Assembly: GCA_009392005.1 (NCBI GenBank)
Contig: VFHL01000001.1
Coordinates: 87,966-151,965 of the forward strand
From: SAR202 cluster bacterium
GTDB lineage: Bacteria; Chloroflexota; Dehalococcoidia; UBA6926; VFHL01
Length of the DNA: 64,000 bases
Direction of reading: 5' to 3'
Every line of letters begins with the position of its first letter. The stretch's first letter is position 1. Under the pieces are notes generated by a model. It made no database searches, was not told the DNA's origin, and saw only the letters and a program-made list of their open reading frames with translations. The translations under genes were made by a program, and so were the position numbers. Below are positions 17,868 to 27,435 of this stretch, piece by piece.

Positions 17868-18743
17868 ATGAGTTCAGATCTTCATCTGCATACTAAATTT
17901 TCTGATGGATTGTTGAGTCCGACAGAGCTTGTTGAACAAGCTGTTAATGTTGGGTTAGCCATAATTTCGATCACGGATCATGATTCTACTGATGGGATCA
18001 TCGAAGCATTAACGGCTACTGATTTGTATCCCCAAATAACATTGATTCCCGGTGTTGAATTAAGTACAGATTTTGAGGGTGGTGAAATTCACATTTTGGG
18101 TTATTTCAATGAGATTCCGGAAGGGATCTTTCAAGATAAGATGGCTGAATTTCGTCAATCGCGTGTCGGAAGGGCGCGCGATATGATTGGTAAGTTGGCT
18201 GGTTTAGGCATGGAACTCGATTGGCAGCGTGTTCAAGAGTTGGCGGCGGATGGATCAATTGGTCGTCCGCATGTTGCTCTTGCATTACAGGAACAAGGAT
18301 ATGTTGAGACTGTATCTGAAGCTTTTGATAAATATATCGGCATTACAGGACCGGCGTATGTTGATCGGCAGAAACTTGCCCCTGATGAAGCTATTACCTT
18401 AATAAAAAATGCGGGTGGAGTCGCGGTTCTTGCCCATCCTTTAAACAAGGAAATTGATTTAAGGAATATTGATACCGGTCATTTGGCCAAATTGGTTACT
18501 GACTTGGCTCAAGCGGGACTAACGGGAATTGAGACGTATTATGGATCCTATACCCCTGCCGCTCGGAAACATCTTGCGGGTTTAGCAGAGGAGAATCAGT
18601 TACTTTCGCTTGGTGGCAGCGATTTTCATGGACCTGGGATTGGAGCGGATGTGCCTTTAGGTGCTTCCGATACCTCGGTGGAATGTGGTAAAGATTTGTT
18701 AAGGGCTCTGGACGAATTATGGAATATGTTTGAAGATGAATAA
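17868..18743 (+). CDS. PHP-domain metal-dependent phosphoesterase (TrpH/YciV-like)
   Basis: 'DLHLHTKFSDGLLSP', 'ISITDHDS' PHP motifs. Confidence 0.75.
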   Translation: MSSDLHLHTKFSDGLLSPTELVEQAVNVGLAIISITDHDSTDGIIEALTATDLYPQITLIPGVELSTDFEGGEIHILGYFNEIPEGIFQDKMAEFRQSRVGRARDMIGKLAGLGMELDWQRVQELAADGSIGRPHVALALQEQGYVETVSEAFDKYIGITGPAYVDRQKLAPDEAITLIKNAGGVAVLAHPLNKEIDLRNIDTGHLAKLVTDLAQAGLTGIETYYGSYTPAARKHLAGLAEENQLLSLGGSDFHGPGIGADVPLGASDTSVECGKDLLRALDELWNMFEDE

Positions 18744-18793
18744 CTAGATGGGCTCAATATCAGAACGGAAACTAAGTCGTTTCAGGCTTACCG

Positions 18794-19303
18794 ATGGGAT
18801 CTAACGGGCAAGATATTTCAGTACAAATGTGCGCGCGTCATTCGGCCGTAGAAACGCGTCTTTCATGTGGCCGATGTGGAACTCCGATTTGTACAGATTG
18901 TATGGTATATGCGTCAGTTGGGTTGCGCTGTCGTGATTGCGTGGGGCAGGCTAAGCCTCCTATTTACGATATTGGTATAACCCATTTGTTTATTGCGATT
19001 GCATTGGGTGTAGTTTTTTCTCTAATCGCCGCTTCATTATGGATATTACTTCCGGGTTTTTTAAGCCGCTTTGGATTAGGTTTTTATGGCTTGATCGTGA
19101 TGATTAGCGTTGGGCATTTTACTGCGCATTTCATGTCACGTGCTTTAAAAGGCAAACGGGGTCGAGAACTGCAATTTGTTGCGGGTCTCACTGTAATTTT
19201 TGGGTATATGATCGCTCTTCCATTTATGCCTTCTTTGTTCAATTCATATGCGGTTTTTTCTCTCCTTTTTGCCGTATTGGTGGCTGTTGCAAGGCTCAGA
19301 TGA
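18794..19303 (+). CDS. membrane protein with N-terminal zinc-ribbon (two CxxC pairs) and about 4 TM helices; unknown function
   Basis: 'CGRCGTPICTDC...CRDC', then hydrophobic helices. Confidence 0.45.
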   Translation: MGSNGQDISVQMCARHSAVETRLSCGRCGTPICTDCMVYASVGLRCRDCVGQAKPPIYDIGITHLFIAIALGVVFSLIAASLWILLPGFLSRFGLGFYGLIVMISVGHFTAHFMSRALKGKRGRELQFVAGLTVIFGYMIALPFMPSLFNSYAVFSLLFAVLVAVARLR

Positions 19304-19323
19304 ACTTATAGCTGAAATAGATC

Positions 19324-20418
19324 TTAGTAATCAATTATAGTGCGTATCACTTGAACCGCCTTCATATCATCGAAGGCCTCATTGATTTCTGCTAATGGCC
19401 TGCGGCGAGAGACCATTTCATCTAAAAGAATCTTGCCGCTCATATACAGGTCAACCAGTTTAGGGATGTCTGCGTGGACGCTGGCAGATCCGTAAAATGA
19501 GCCGATCAATTTTTTTTCTCGTAAGAAGTCATTGCCTGGTATTGAGATGTTTTCTCTGTTGACTCCCACAGCCACTGCTGTGCCACCTTTTCTAATCATG
19601 GCAAAGGCTTGTTCTACTGTTTTAGAAAGCCCAATTGCTTCGAATGCATAATCTAAGCGATCACTTGTTATATCACGCACTGACTCGACCGCATCAACTT
19701 TTGTTGCGTTGATGATCTTTGTAGCTCCAAATTTTGGCGCGATCTGCAACTTTTCTTCTACAAGGTCGATGGCTATTATCTCGCTCGCACCAGCGAGCTT
19801 GGCACCTTGGACAATACCCAATCCCACTCCGCCTAATCCGATGACAGCAACACTAGAGCCTGGTTCTACTTTAGCGGTATTAATAGCCGCACCAATTCCT
19901 GTAGTTACCCCACATCCGAGCAAACATACTATATTTAGCGGTGCATCTTCACGTATTTTTATGACACCATATTCTGGCATTATTGTGTACTCTGCGAATC
20001 CTCCGACTCCGACCCCTTGCATGACTGGCGTACCGTTTGTCATTGTTCTACGGGGGCGAGGTCCGCTGCCACTACGATCAGGGTAATCTCTTTGGTCACA
20101 AAGATTTTCCATCCCTCGGACGCAGTAATAGCAACGACCACAACTTGGAGCAAACGCTATGATTACATGGTCACCAGGTTGCACGTTAGTCACATTCTCT
20201 CCGATGGATTCAATAGTCCCTGCCGCTTCGTGCCCGAGTACAATCGGTGTGTCTAAAGGCTCTGTTGCACGTTGAATAACACCTAAATCCGAATGGCATA
20301 CACCACAGGAATGTATTTTTACTAAGACCTCTCCCGCTTCAATTGCATCAAGATGTACATTTTCAATTACAAGCGGCCCTGGACCGTTCAGAATTGCTGC
20401 TTTCATTCGTTTCTCCAT
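19324..20418 (-). CDS. zinc-dependent alcohol dehydrogenase (MDR family)
   Basis: 'GVCHSDL', 'GHEAAGTIESIG', structural-Zn Cys cluster 'CGRCYYCVRGMENLC', 'GLGGVGLG' Rossmann motif. Confidence 0.85.
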   Translation of the reverse strand: MEKRMKAAILNGPGPLVIENVHLDAIEAGEVLVKIHSCGVCHSDLGVIQRATEPLDTPIVLGHEAAGTIESIGENVTNVQPGDHVIIAFAPSCGRCYYCVRGMENLCDQRDYPDRSGSGPRPRRTMTNGTPVMQGVGVGGFAEYTIMPEYGVIKIREDAPLNIVCLLGCGVTTGIGAAINTAKVEPGSSVAVIGLGGVGLGIVQGAKLAGASEIIAIDLVEEKLQIAPKFGATKIINATKVDAVESVRDITSDRLDYAFEAIGLSKTVEQAFAMIRKGGTAVAVGVNRENISIPGNDFLREKKLIGSFYGSASVHADIPKLVDLYMSGKILLDEMVSRRRPLAEINEAFDDMKAVQVIRTIIDY

Positions 20419-20463
20419 TCTATTTGAAGTAGATGACTTTTTTTTATTCGAATATAGGATTAT

Positions 20464-21219
20464 TTAGTTTTTATTGATCGCAGATATCTCAACCTTTGCG
20501 CTCACCAAAGCGTGGTTGATCTTGGACGCTAATTTTGTTGCATTGGGAGTATCACTGTGGACGCACAGCGTATCCATTTCTAGTTTGATTTCTTCGCCGG
20601 TTATACTTGTAACCTTTTTTTCCGTTATCATTTTAACGCTTCTCTTTACAACTGTATCGATGTCGTGAATCACGGCACCTGGTGTCCCTCGCGGTACTAA
20701 TGAGCCATTAGCAGCGAAAGCTCTATCTGCAAACACTTCCTGCGCGACTTGTAGGTTCATGTTTTCGGCTATATTGACCCATTTCGTTCCAGCCAGAACA
20801 ATTAATATCATCTCTTTATCGAACTTGAGGACAGCGTTACAAATTGCTTCAGCTAAATTTTCGTCATTAGCTGCCATGTTGTACATGGATCCGTGCGGCT
20901 TGACGTGTGCGAGCCTTTTGGTTTTTGTGAATGCTGCAAGAGCGCCAATTTGGTAGGTAACATCATCTTCAACCTCTTTTGGTGAAACATCCATATTTCG
21001 GCGGCCAAAGCCTTTTAAATCCGGAAAGCTGGGGTGTGCCCCGATACTGACACCGTGTTTTTCTGCCAAGGTGACGGTTTTACGCATCCAGCCGGGATCC
21101 CCTGCATGAAAACCACATGCTATATTTGCTGAGCTGATGTATTTGATCATTTCTTTATCGTTCCCAAGTTCGTATGTGGCGAAGCTTTCACCCATATCGC
21201 AGTTGATGTCTATCTTCAT
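20464..21219 (-). CDS. pxpA: 5-oxoprolinase subunit A (LamB/YcsF family)
   Basis: 'MKIDINCDMGESFATYELGNDKEMIKYISSANIACGFHAGDP' is a canonical PxpA N-terminus. Confidence 0.85.
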   Translation of the reverse strand: MKIDINCDMGESFATYELGNDKEMIKYISSANIACGFHAGDPGWMRKTVTLAEKHGVSIGAHPSFPDLKGFGRRNMDVSPKEVEDDVTYQIGALAAFTKTKRLAHVKPHGSMYNMAANDENLAEAICNAVLKFDKEMILIVLAGTKWVNIAENMNLQVAQEVFADRAFAANGSLVPRGTPGAVIHDIDTVVKRSVKMITEKKVTSITGEEIKLEMDTLCVHSDTPNATKLASKINHALVSAKVEISAINKN

Positions 21220-21306
21220 ACACGAGACCTTTCCTATTGTGATTCAAAGGAACATTTCTGGATGGTAATATTATAGTTGATGTTCACATTACTTGAGGAG
21301 GGGATT

Positions 21307-21558
21307 ATGCCAGAAGAGAGGGTAGGAATCGTTTCTCATTTCTTTGCCCAGCCTGTGGTAGCTGGTATTGAAGTGACGTCTATTTTGTCTGTCGGGGATA
21401 CAATACATATCAAAGGCAATACAACGGATATGACAGTAACGGTTGAATCTATTCAGTACAATAATGCAGTTGTGCAGGAAGCCAAACCAGGTCAAGCGGT
21501 GGGTATCAAGGTGCTGGACCGGGTCCGTCCGGGCGATGATGTTTATAAGATTACGTGA
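21307..21558 (+). CDS. small beta-barrel protein resembling EF-Tu domain 2 (translation-protein beta-barrel); unknown function
   Basis: 83 aa 'MPEERVG...HIKGNTTDMTVTVESIQ...AKPGQAVGIKV'. ATG 21307 has a GGAGG RBS; the upstream ATGs of the track ORF are rejected. Confidence 0.4.
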   Translation: MPEERVGIVSHFFAQPVVAGIEVTSILSVGDTIHIKGNTTDMTVTVESIQYNNAVVQEAKPGQAVGIKVLDRVRPGDDVYKIT

Positions 21559-21640
21559 ATTTAGGCCCAATGCTAGTGGTACAATGAAGGCGGTGACTAT
21601 ATTAATTGCGTCCTAGTTTGAGAGAGGATAGTTTGGTGGC

Positions 21641-22537
21641 ATGAGCCAGCTTGATATTCATCACGAATTACCTACCGATCGCACGACAATGATTTGCGCA
21701 TTCGCGGGATGGACCAACGCAGGCGAGTCCGCGACTCGAGCAGTGCGTTATATGACTAGGAGATTAGCAAGCAAACATGTTGCAACTATCGATGCGGAAG
21801 AGTTTTTTGACTTCACCCAAGTGCGTCCAATGGTTAAAGCGACAGAGGATGGCAAGCGTGCTATATTTTGGCCCAACAATGATTTCCATATTGATGAAGA
21901 AGGAATGGACGAACGCTTACTTCTCTTCTACGGTACGGAGCCAAGTTTGAAATGGCGCGCCTTCATCTCCTTGCTATTGGACACGGCTGAAAGCACAGGT
22001 ATCAAGCAGATTGTTACGCTGGGCGCGAGCTTGGCTGCGACGCCTCATTCTCGTCCTCAAATTGTTTCAGGTACATCGAATACCCCAGAATGGGATGATC
22101 TACTTGCTGATCAAGGGATCTTGCGACGCAATCCGGCGACTTACCAAGGTCCTACAGGTATATCTACTGCCATTCGTGAAGCAGCGACAGATCGAGGAAT
22201 AAAATATGTGTCTTTAATGGGGCGTGTCCCTCATTATCTACAAGCACCTTTTAATCCACCAGTTACGCAGGCTTTGCTGACGAATCTTTGCCAATTGCTC
22301 GGTATTGAGATTGATCTCTCGCGTTTAGAAAAAAGAGCGGACGATTTTCGAGAACAGGCTGATAAGTTGGTTCGAGAGCAAGATGATATGTCACAGTACG
22401 TGGCACAATTAGAAAAAGAGTACGATGCTTCAAATGTTGATCTTGTTGACTCTTCGTCAATAGAGACGACGGATCCCAATGCACTTGTTCAGGAGTTAGA
22501 AGATTTCTTGCGTGGGGAACGTGAAGAGGGAAGATAG
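21641..22537 (+). CDS. PAC2-family protein (proteasome-assembly-chaperone-2-like)
   Basis: N-terminal 'MICAFAGWTNAGESATRAVRYM' resembles the conserved 'AAFEGWNDAG' start of bacterial PAC2-family proteins. About 300 aa with an acidic C-terminus. Confidence 0.5.
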   Translation: MSQLDIHHELPTDRTTMICAFAGWTNAGESATRAVRYMTRRLASKHVATIDAEEFFDFTQVRPMVKATEDGKRAIFWPNNDFHIDEEGMDERLLLFYGTEPSLKWRAFISLLLDTAESTGIKQIVTLGASLAATPHSRPQIVSGTSNTPEWDDLLADQGILRRNPATYQGPTGISTAIREAATDRGIKYVSLMGRVPHYLQAPFNPPVTQALLTNLCQLLGIEIDLSRLEKRADDFREQADKLVREQDDMSQYVAQLEKEYDASNVDLVDSSSIETTDPNALVQELEDFLRGEREEGR

Positions 22538-22582
22538 CACAGCTCTTTGGGTTCCATTTTCCTTAACTTTAAATCCTGATTT

Positions 22583-23179
22583 CTATTCGCTGGGGTCATT
22601 TTTGATAACGTGTAAGAATTGACGCATCACTCGGGCCGTTGCCCCCCAAATCGCATGTTTCCCGTAATGGTAGACTGGTGTTTGCTCGTAGGCATTATCA
22701 TATTCACGCCATTCGTGTGTTGTATGCTGAATGCTAAGTAAATGAAGCAATGGAACTGCCAGTATTTCATTTACCTCCGACGTATTATGGTGAAAGTCAT
22801 AGTTCGCTGGAATGAAGCCCACATATGGTCGGATCAAGTAACCACTGCGTGTTTTTGTGTCATCAAGTTGACCAATGATTTCAATGTCAGTAGGATTAAC
22901 ACCTATTTCTTCATGCGTCTCTCTCACAGCGGTCATTTCAAACGATGCATCTGTTGAATCTTTACGGCCTCCAGGGAAGGATATTTCGCCTTTATGATCT
23001 TTAACGGTGGTTGTACGTATAGTTAGGATAATTTCTCGCTTCAAATGCTGATTTGTGAGAGGGATCAGGACGCTGGATGGTTTCAGTGTGTTGTTGTCTT
23101 GAATCAACTTTGGTTTGAAGGATTTATAAATTTCTCGTATCCTGCCGTCATCAAATAATTTGTTGGGGGCAACTGTCAT
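22583..23179 (-). CDS. NUDIX hydrolase, CoA pyrophosphatase (NudL-like)
   Basis: Nudix box 'GGRKDSTDASFEMTAVRETHEEIGV', preceded by the NudL-type 'ILTIRTTTVKDHKGEISFPGG'. Confidence 0.75.
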   Translation of the reverse strand: MTVAPNKLFDDGRIREIYKSFKPKLIQDNNTLKPSSVLIPLTNQHLKREIILTIRTTTVKDHKGEISFPGGRKDSTDASFEMTAVRETHEEIGVNPTDIEIIGQLDDTKTRSGYLIRPYVGFIPANYDFHHNTSEVNEILAVPLLHLLSIQHTTHEWREYDNAYEQTPVYHYGKHAIWGATARVMRQFLHVIKNDPSE

Positions 23180-23317
23180 TTAAGGATCTTTTCTATTTGG
23201 GAACAATATTTTGAGGCGATTTCTTAGGGACAGTGTACTGTAAATAAAGTAGAATCGGGGATACAAGAAGAGCTGAATGTATATGATTCTTTCTATAGCA
23301 TTCTTGGCATTATTGAG

Positions 23318-23749
23318 GTGATACGAATGGGAAATAAATATGAGAAAGAAATTGAGGAGATCATGAACCAAAAGGGAGAGTTCCTGATGGATGATCGTCT
23401 CAAGACTTCAGGTCAAATGTCTCGTAATACGCATCGTTATTCTATAACGGGTTTTGTGTCATATAGCATGAAAATTCTATTGGATAATAGGAGTCGCATA
23501 TTGTTAGCAAGCCTCTCCATATTGCTGGTTTGTTCCTTGCTATTTGGTTCGACGATGCCGGCGATCGGTGCATTTTTTATATCTGCTGTGATCATTCTTT
23601 TTCTTGGGTCATATTTCTTGTCATTCGCAAAATCATCTGGCCGCAATCGACAGAAGCGATGGAGGGGCGAGTTAGTTGAATCGCCTAAGCAAAACCTTCG
23701 GATGGGTCGTCTCTTGACGCTATTACGGCGGCTCCGATTGCTTCGATGA
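23318..23749 (+). CDS. hypothetical membrane protein (2 TM helices, Arg-rich C-terminus)
   Basis: Hydrophobic segments 'ILLASLSILLVCSLLFG' and 'IGAFFISAVIILFLGSYFL'. Start codon ambiguous, with several in-frame ATGs. Confidence 0.35.
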   Translation: MIRMGNKYEKEIEEIMNQKGEFLMDDRLKTSGQMSRNTHRYSITGFVSYSMKILLDNRSRILLASLSILLVCSLLFGSTMPAIGAFFISAVIILFLGSYFLSFAKSSGRNRQKRWRGELVESPKQNLRMGRLLTLLRRLRLLR

Positions 23750-23817
23750 TAAGTTTGGACAAATCAAGCGTTTAGTAGGCCAATTTATGCTCAACATTTT
23801 GTCTGTCAAATCTCGTT

Positions 23818-24537
23818 ATGTATGACCAATTGAAGTTTTTGGTTTCTGGAGACAGTAACTTAGTGGTTGAAGTAGGGGATACGATTTCGCGGGAAGTCCA
23901 TCATAAAGTACAGGCGTTGTATTCGGCTATTACCGCTGCTGCGATTCCTGGTATTGAAGAATTGGTTCCCACTTACAGATCAATAGCTGTGAATTACAAT
24001 TCTTTTGTAACAAGGCAAGATGAACTTCAGTTGAAAATTAATGATCTTATGATTGCTCCGCAAGCCAGTGTGAAGAGCAGGATTTTTGACATCCCAGTAT
24101 CGTATGGTGGCAATTATGGTCCAGATCTCGAGTTTGTCGCGAATCACAATAACCTTACAATTCGTGAGGTCATCACTATTCATACGCAACAGGAGTATCC
24201 TGTATATATGTTTGGGTTTGCTCCGGGATTCGCGTATTTGGGTGGAGTTTCTGAAAGGATTACGACGCCCCGTTTGGAAACCCCTCGTATCGTAATTCCG
24301 GCGGGATCAGTTGGTATTGCTGAGGCACAAACTGGTGTTTATCCTCAAGAAAGCCCAGGTGGATGGCAGGTGATTGGAAGGACTCCGTTGAAATTTTTCA
24401 ATCCATCTCAGGATCCACCAGTGTTTTTGAACATTGGGGATCTTATTCATTTCCACGCGATTGAGCAAGAAGAATATGTTGGGATCGAAGAATTGATACG
24501 ACTAGGTTCATATGAAGTCAATTACAATGTTGTGTAA
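23818..24537 (+). CDS. pxpB: 5-oxoprolinase subunit B (allophanate hydrolase subunit 1, KipI-like)
   Basis: N-terminal 'LVEVGD' region, 'ELVPTYRSIAVNY', 'MFGFAPGFAYLGG', 'GSVGIAEAQTGVYP'. Confidence 0.8.
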   Translation: MYDQLKFLVSGDSNLVVEVGDTISREVHHKVQALYSAITAAAIPGIEELVPTYRSIAVNYNSFVTRQDELQLKINDLMIAPQASVKSRIFDIPVSYGGNYGPDLEFVANHNNLTIREVITIHTQQEYPVYMFGFAPGFAYLGGVSERITTPRLETPRIVIPAGSVGIAEAQTGVYPQESPGGWQVIGRTPLKFFNPSQDPPVFLNIGDLIHFHAIEQEEYVGIEELIRLGSYEVNYNVV

Positions 24538-24548
24538 CGGTATTTTTT

Positions 24549-25694
24549 ATGCAGGTTCTTGAGGTAATTAATCCCGGCATTACTACAACAATTCAAGATC
24601 TAGGCAGATATGGATATCAGCGTTATGGCCTACCCGTGTCTGGTGCCATGGATGTATTTTCCTTGCGCGTTGCAAATGGTCTTGTTGGCAACGATGAACG
24701 AGAAGCTGGTCTCGAAATAACCGCAGTTGGGGCAAGTTTTCGTTTTTTATCTGACGCCGTCATAGCAATCACAGGTGGTGACCTGAATCCTCACATAAAT
24801 AATCAAGCTGTTTCTATGTGGCACCCGATAGTGATTGAAGCTGGGAGTCGGCTTGATTTTATTGAATCTCGCGCTGGGTTTCGTGCGTACGTCGCTATTC
24901 ATGGTGGTATTGATGTTCCGCTCGTTCTTGGCAGTCGTTCAACTGATGTACGTTCAGGAATCGGTGGTTTAGATGGATGTTCATTGCAAAGAAATGACAT
25001 CTTATCAATTATGACCGAAGAAAGTAGTCTGACTTTTTCGGGGAAAACAATTCGTTTTGATGACATTCCAGTTTACGATCATCATCATGATGTGCGCATT
25101 CTTCTTGGTCCACAAGATGATGCTTTCCCATCTGAGTCGATTAGTACACTTTTGTCTTCAACCTATCGTATAGGTTCAGCGTCTGACCGAGTCGGTTATC
25201 GTTTGGAAGGTCCCTCAATTGAGCATCACACTAATGCTGATATTATTTCAGATGCCACATCTTTTGGGACGATACAAATCCCTGGAGACGGGATGCCAAT
25301 TATCCTTTTTGCTGATCGCGGGACTACTGGTGGTTATGCCAAAATCGGTACCGTCATTAGTGCAGATTTGGGCAATTTGGCGCAGGCTGCCCCTGGGGAT
25401 ACTATCAATTTTGCCACGGTCAACGTAGATGTCGCATATCAATCTTTAGAAAGCCAGAGACATGTATTGATCCGCATTAGTGATTCCAAACCCATCATGT
25501 TTGGAAGACGGGAATTCAGCGGATTTGTTTCTGGCAAACCTTTTCGGGCTCTTTCTCCAATCAAAGAGATTGAGAGCAGCGTGACGGCACCAATATTGAG
25601 TGACCACACTGTGAAAGTGCGCGCTGCTGAAGGGGGGCTTCCCACTGATTTCACCGTGCATACTCGTACGATCATTGAGAGCCCGGGGGAGTAA
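24549..25694 (+). CDS. pxpC: 5-oxoprolinase subunit C (allophanate hydrolase subunit 2, KipA-like) with a roughly 60-aa C-terminal extension
   Basis: 'INPGITTTIQDLGRYGYQRYGLPVSGAMD', 'GYAKIGTVISADL'. Confidence 0.8.
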   Translation: MQVLEVINPGITTTIQDLGRYGYQRYGLPVSGAMDVFSLRVANGLVGNDEREAGLEITAVGASFRFLSDAVIAITGGDLNPHINNQAVSMWHPIVIEAGSRLDFIESRAGFRAYVAIHGGIDVPLVLGSRSTDVRSGIGGLDGCSLQRNDILSIMTEESSLTFSGKTIRFDDIPVYDHHHDVRILLGPQDDAFPSESISTLLSSTYRIGSASDRVGYRLEGPSIEHHTNADIISDATSFGTIQIPGDGMPIILFADRGTTGGYAKIGTVISADLGNLAQAAPGDTINFATVNVDVAYQSLESQRHVLIRISDSKPIMFGRREFSGFVSGKPFRALSPIKEIESSVTAPILSDHTVKVRAAEGGLPTDFTVHTRTIIESPGE

Positions 25695-25823
25695 AAGGTT
25701 TTTCACTGCCAATAATCTTTTCGGGTGGTGGGAAAACATGTTTCTTTTGACTTAGTCTTGGTAGTTCCTTCGCGGTTCGATTTTGGATCTCTGCAAAGTT
25801 TTATCGGGGTGATCGTATCATTT

Positions 25824-27248
25824 TCAGATACTTTGCGATTGGTTCTTATAGTAATTAACCATTCGCGCCATCGCTTTTGCCGCACGCTCATAAGAAGGGA
25901 AAGATGTGATGTTCGCCTGTTGTAGCCTTTGTTCTAAATCAAAGAGTTCTTGACCTTGTCCATATGGGTCAGGTGTGATTAACATGCATGCGATCGGTTT
26001 GGAGACATTTTCCTTTGTTCGAGATAGCACAGTGAGTAAGGTTTCGATTCCTTGATTGAAGCGATTATTTCGCATTGAAGATGGCGTGATTTGGCCAAGA
26101 ACAAGGTCAATGTTAGGGTCATTAATGAGAATGTCCATAATTGTTTGGAGTTGCTCTCGGTTCATGCCGCCAACATCCATTGGGTTCATATAACTCGCTC
26201 CTATTTGCCTGAAAAACCCTCGTAATGTGTCATAGGAGCTTTCAGATAAAGGTGGCACGTCTAGGCCTTCTTTACCAAATGCGTCGCTCATCGAAACCGA
26301 TTGTCCTCCAGATCCCCCGATCAGGCCAACTTTGCTACCCTGAACGCTTGGGAGAGTAGAAAGAGCCTTTATGATATCAACAGTCTCTTCTAAGTTGTCT
26401 GCACGGATGGCACCACATTGGCGGATTACGACATCCCACATATCTATAGACTCTGCAAGCGAACCAGTGTGTGATGCCGTTGCTCTCTGCCCTTGGGGTG
26501 TTTGCCCACCCTTCCAAATAACTACAGGTTTCTTTGATGCGACCTGTTTCAAAACATTAAAGAATCTTTTTCCGTCCTTTAATCCTTCAATATACATTCC
26601 GATTACTTCCACTGAGTCATCTTGGCCAAGGTATTCCAAATAATCGGCATTTTCTAGAACGACTCCATTGCCAAAACTGATCACTTTATTAATCCCGATG
26701 TTTCTAGCCTTAGCCGCTGTTGCGAAAGATCCTGCATGGCCACCGCTTTGCGATATAAACGCAACCGATCCAACGTTTTCTATGCTCTGTTCCTGGCTGA
26801 AGCGCACACCTTTTTGTGGGTTGTATAGCCCCATACAATTTGGGCCTAATAAGGCTACATCACCCTCACGAGCAATTTCTGTGATCTCATTTTGAAGCTC
26901 AATGCCTTCGGGCTCCTTAGTTTCAGCGAAACCAGAAGTAAACATGCCCACTCCGCCCACATTCTTGGCGATGCAGTCCCTTAAAACTTGTGGTGCGGCC
27001 GCACGTGGTACTGAAACAACAACATAGTCAATTTCGTCTGGGATATCTTTTATATTCGCGTAATTTTCAATGTTGAATTCTTTTTGTATTTCTTCTCCAT
27101 GATCTGGATTGACGTGCACAGAGTAAAGTTTCCCTTGCAGATCACTCATGTTGCGTAGCCAGTTAAACCCATTTGCTTTTTTCGCCCCTACAACAGCAAC
27201 GGTGGTCGGATTTAATGCGCGGTCCAATTTTGCTTTAGATACAGCCAT
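25824..27248 (-). CDS. NDP-forming acyl-CoA synthetase family protein, alpha-type (CoA-binding plus CoA-ligase domains, no ATP-grasp)
   Basis: 'VAVVGAKKANGF' CoA-binding Rossmann motif, 'FISQSGG' and 'GGQSVSMSDA' succinyl-CoA-synthetase-like flavodoxin-domain motifs. Confidence 0.7.
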   Translation of the reverse strand: MAVSKAKLDRALNPTTVAVVGAKKANGFNWLRNMSDLQGKLYSVHVNPDHGEEIQKEFNIENYANIKDIPDEIDYVVVSVPRAAAPQVLRDCIAKNVGGVGMFTSGFAETKEPEGIELQNEITEIAREGDVALLGPNCMGLYNPQKGVRFSQEQSIENVGSVAFISQSGGHAGSFATAAKARNIGINKVISFGNGVVLENADYLEYLGQDDSVEVIGMYIEGLKDGKRFFNVLKQVASKKPVVIWKGGQTPQGQRATASHTGSLAESIDMWDVVIRQCGAIRADNLEETVDIIKALSTLPSVQGSKVGLIGGSGGQSVSMSDAFGKEGLDVPPLSESSYDTLRGFFRQIGASYMNPMDVGGMNREQLQTIMDILINDPNIDLVLGQITPSSMRNNRFNQGIETLLTVLSRTKENVSKPIACMLITPDPYGQGQELFDLEQRLQQANITSFPSYERAAKAMARMVNYYKNQSQSI

Positions 27249-27435
27249 TAGTAGTTGTACTCCAATCAGTTATGAGCGCAGATATTAATTTGCCCTGTGA
27301 AGACGCATTTAAGCGCAATTGTTTCATCATTTTCACAAGTTACGTATGAACTATTGTAGCCTTACGTGGTGAATAAGTGTAGCAATTCACAAATCGAAAG
27401 TATTCTTCTATCTCCGGTAATTTTGTGACTAGATG

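Noticed and set aside
21277-21306. N-terminal 'MMFTLLEEGI' extension of the EF-Tu-like small ORF
   Set aside because: The GGAGG RBS sits inside this extension, 6 nt before the ATG at 21307, so 21307 is the far more likely start.
25695-25823. Possible bidirectional terminator between convergent pxpC and the acyl-CoA synthetase gene
   Set aside because: No convincing GC-rich inverted repeat with a flanking T-tract could be found by eye; only short 4-5-bp palindromes.
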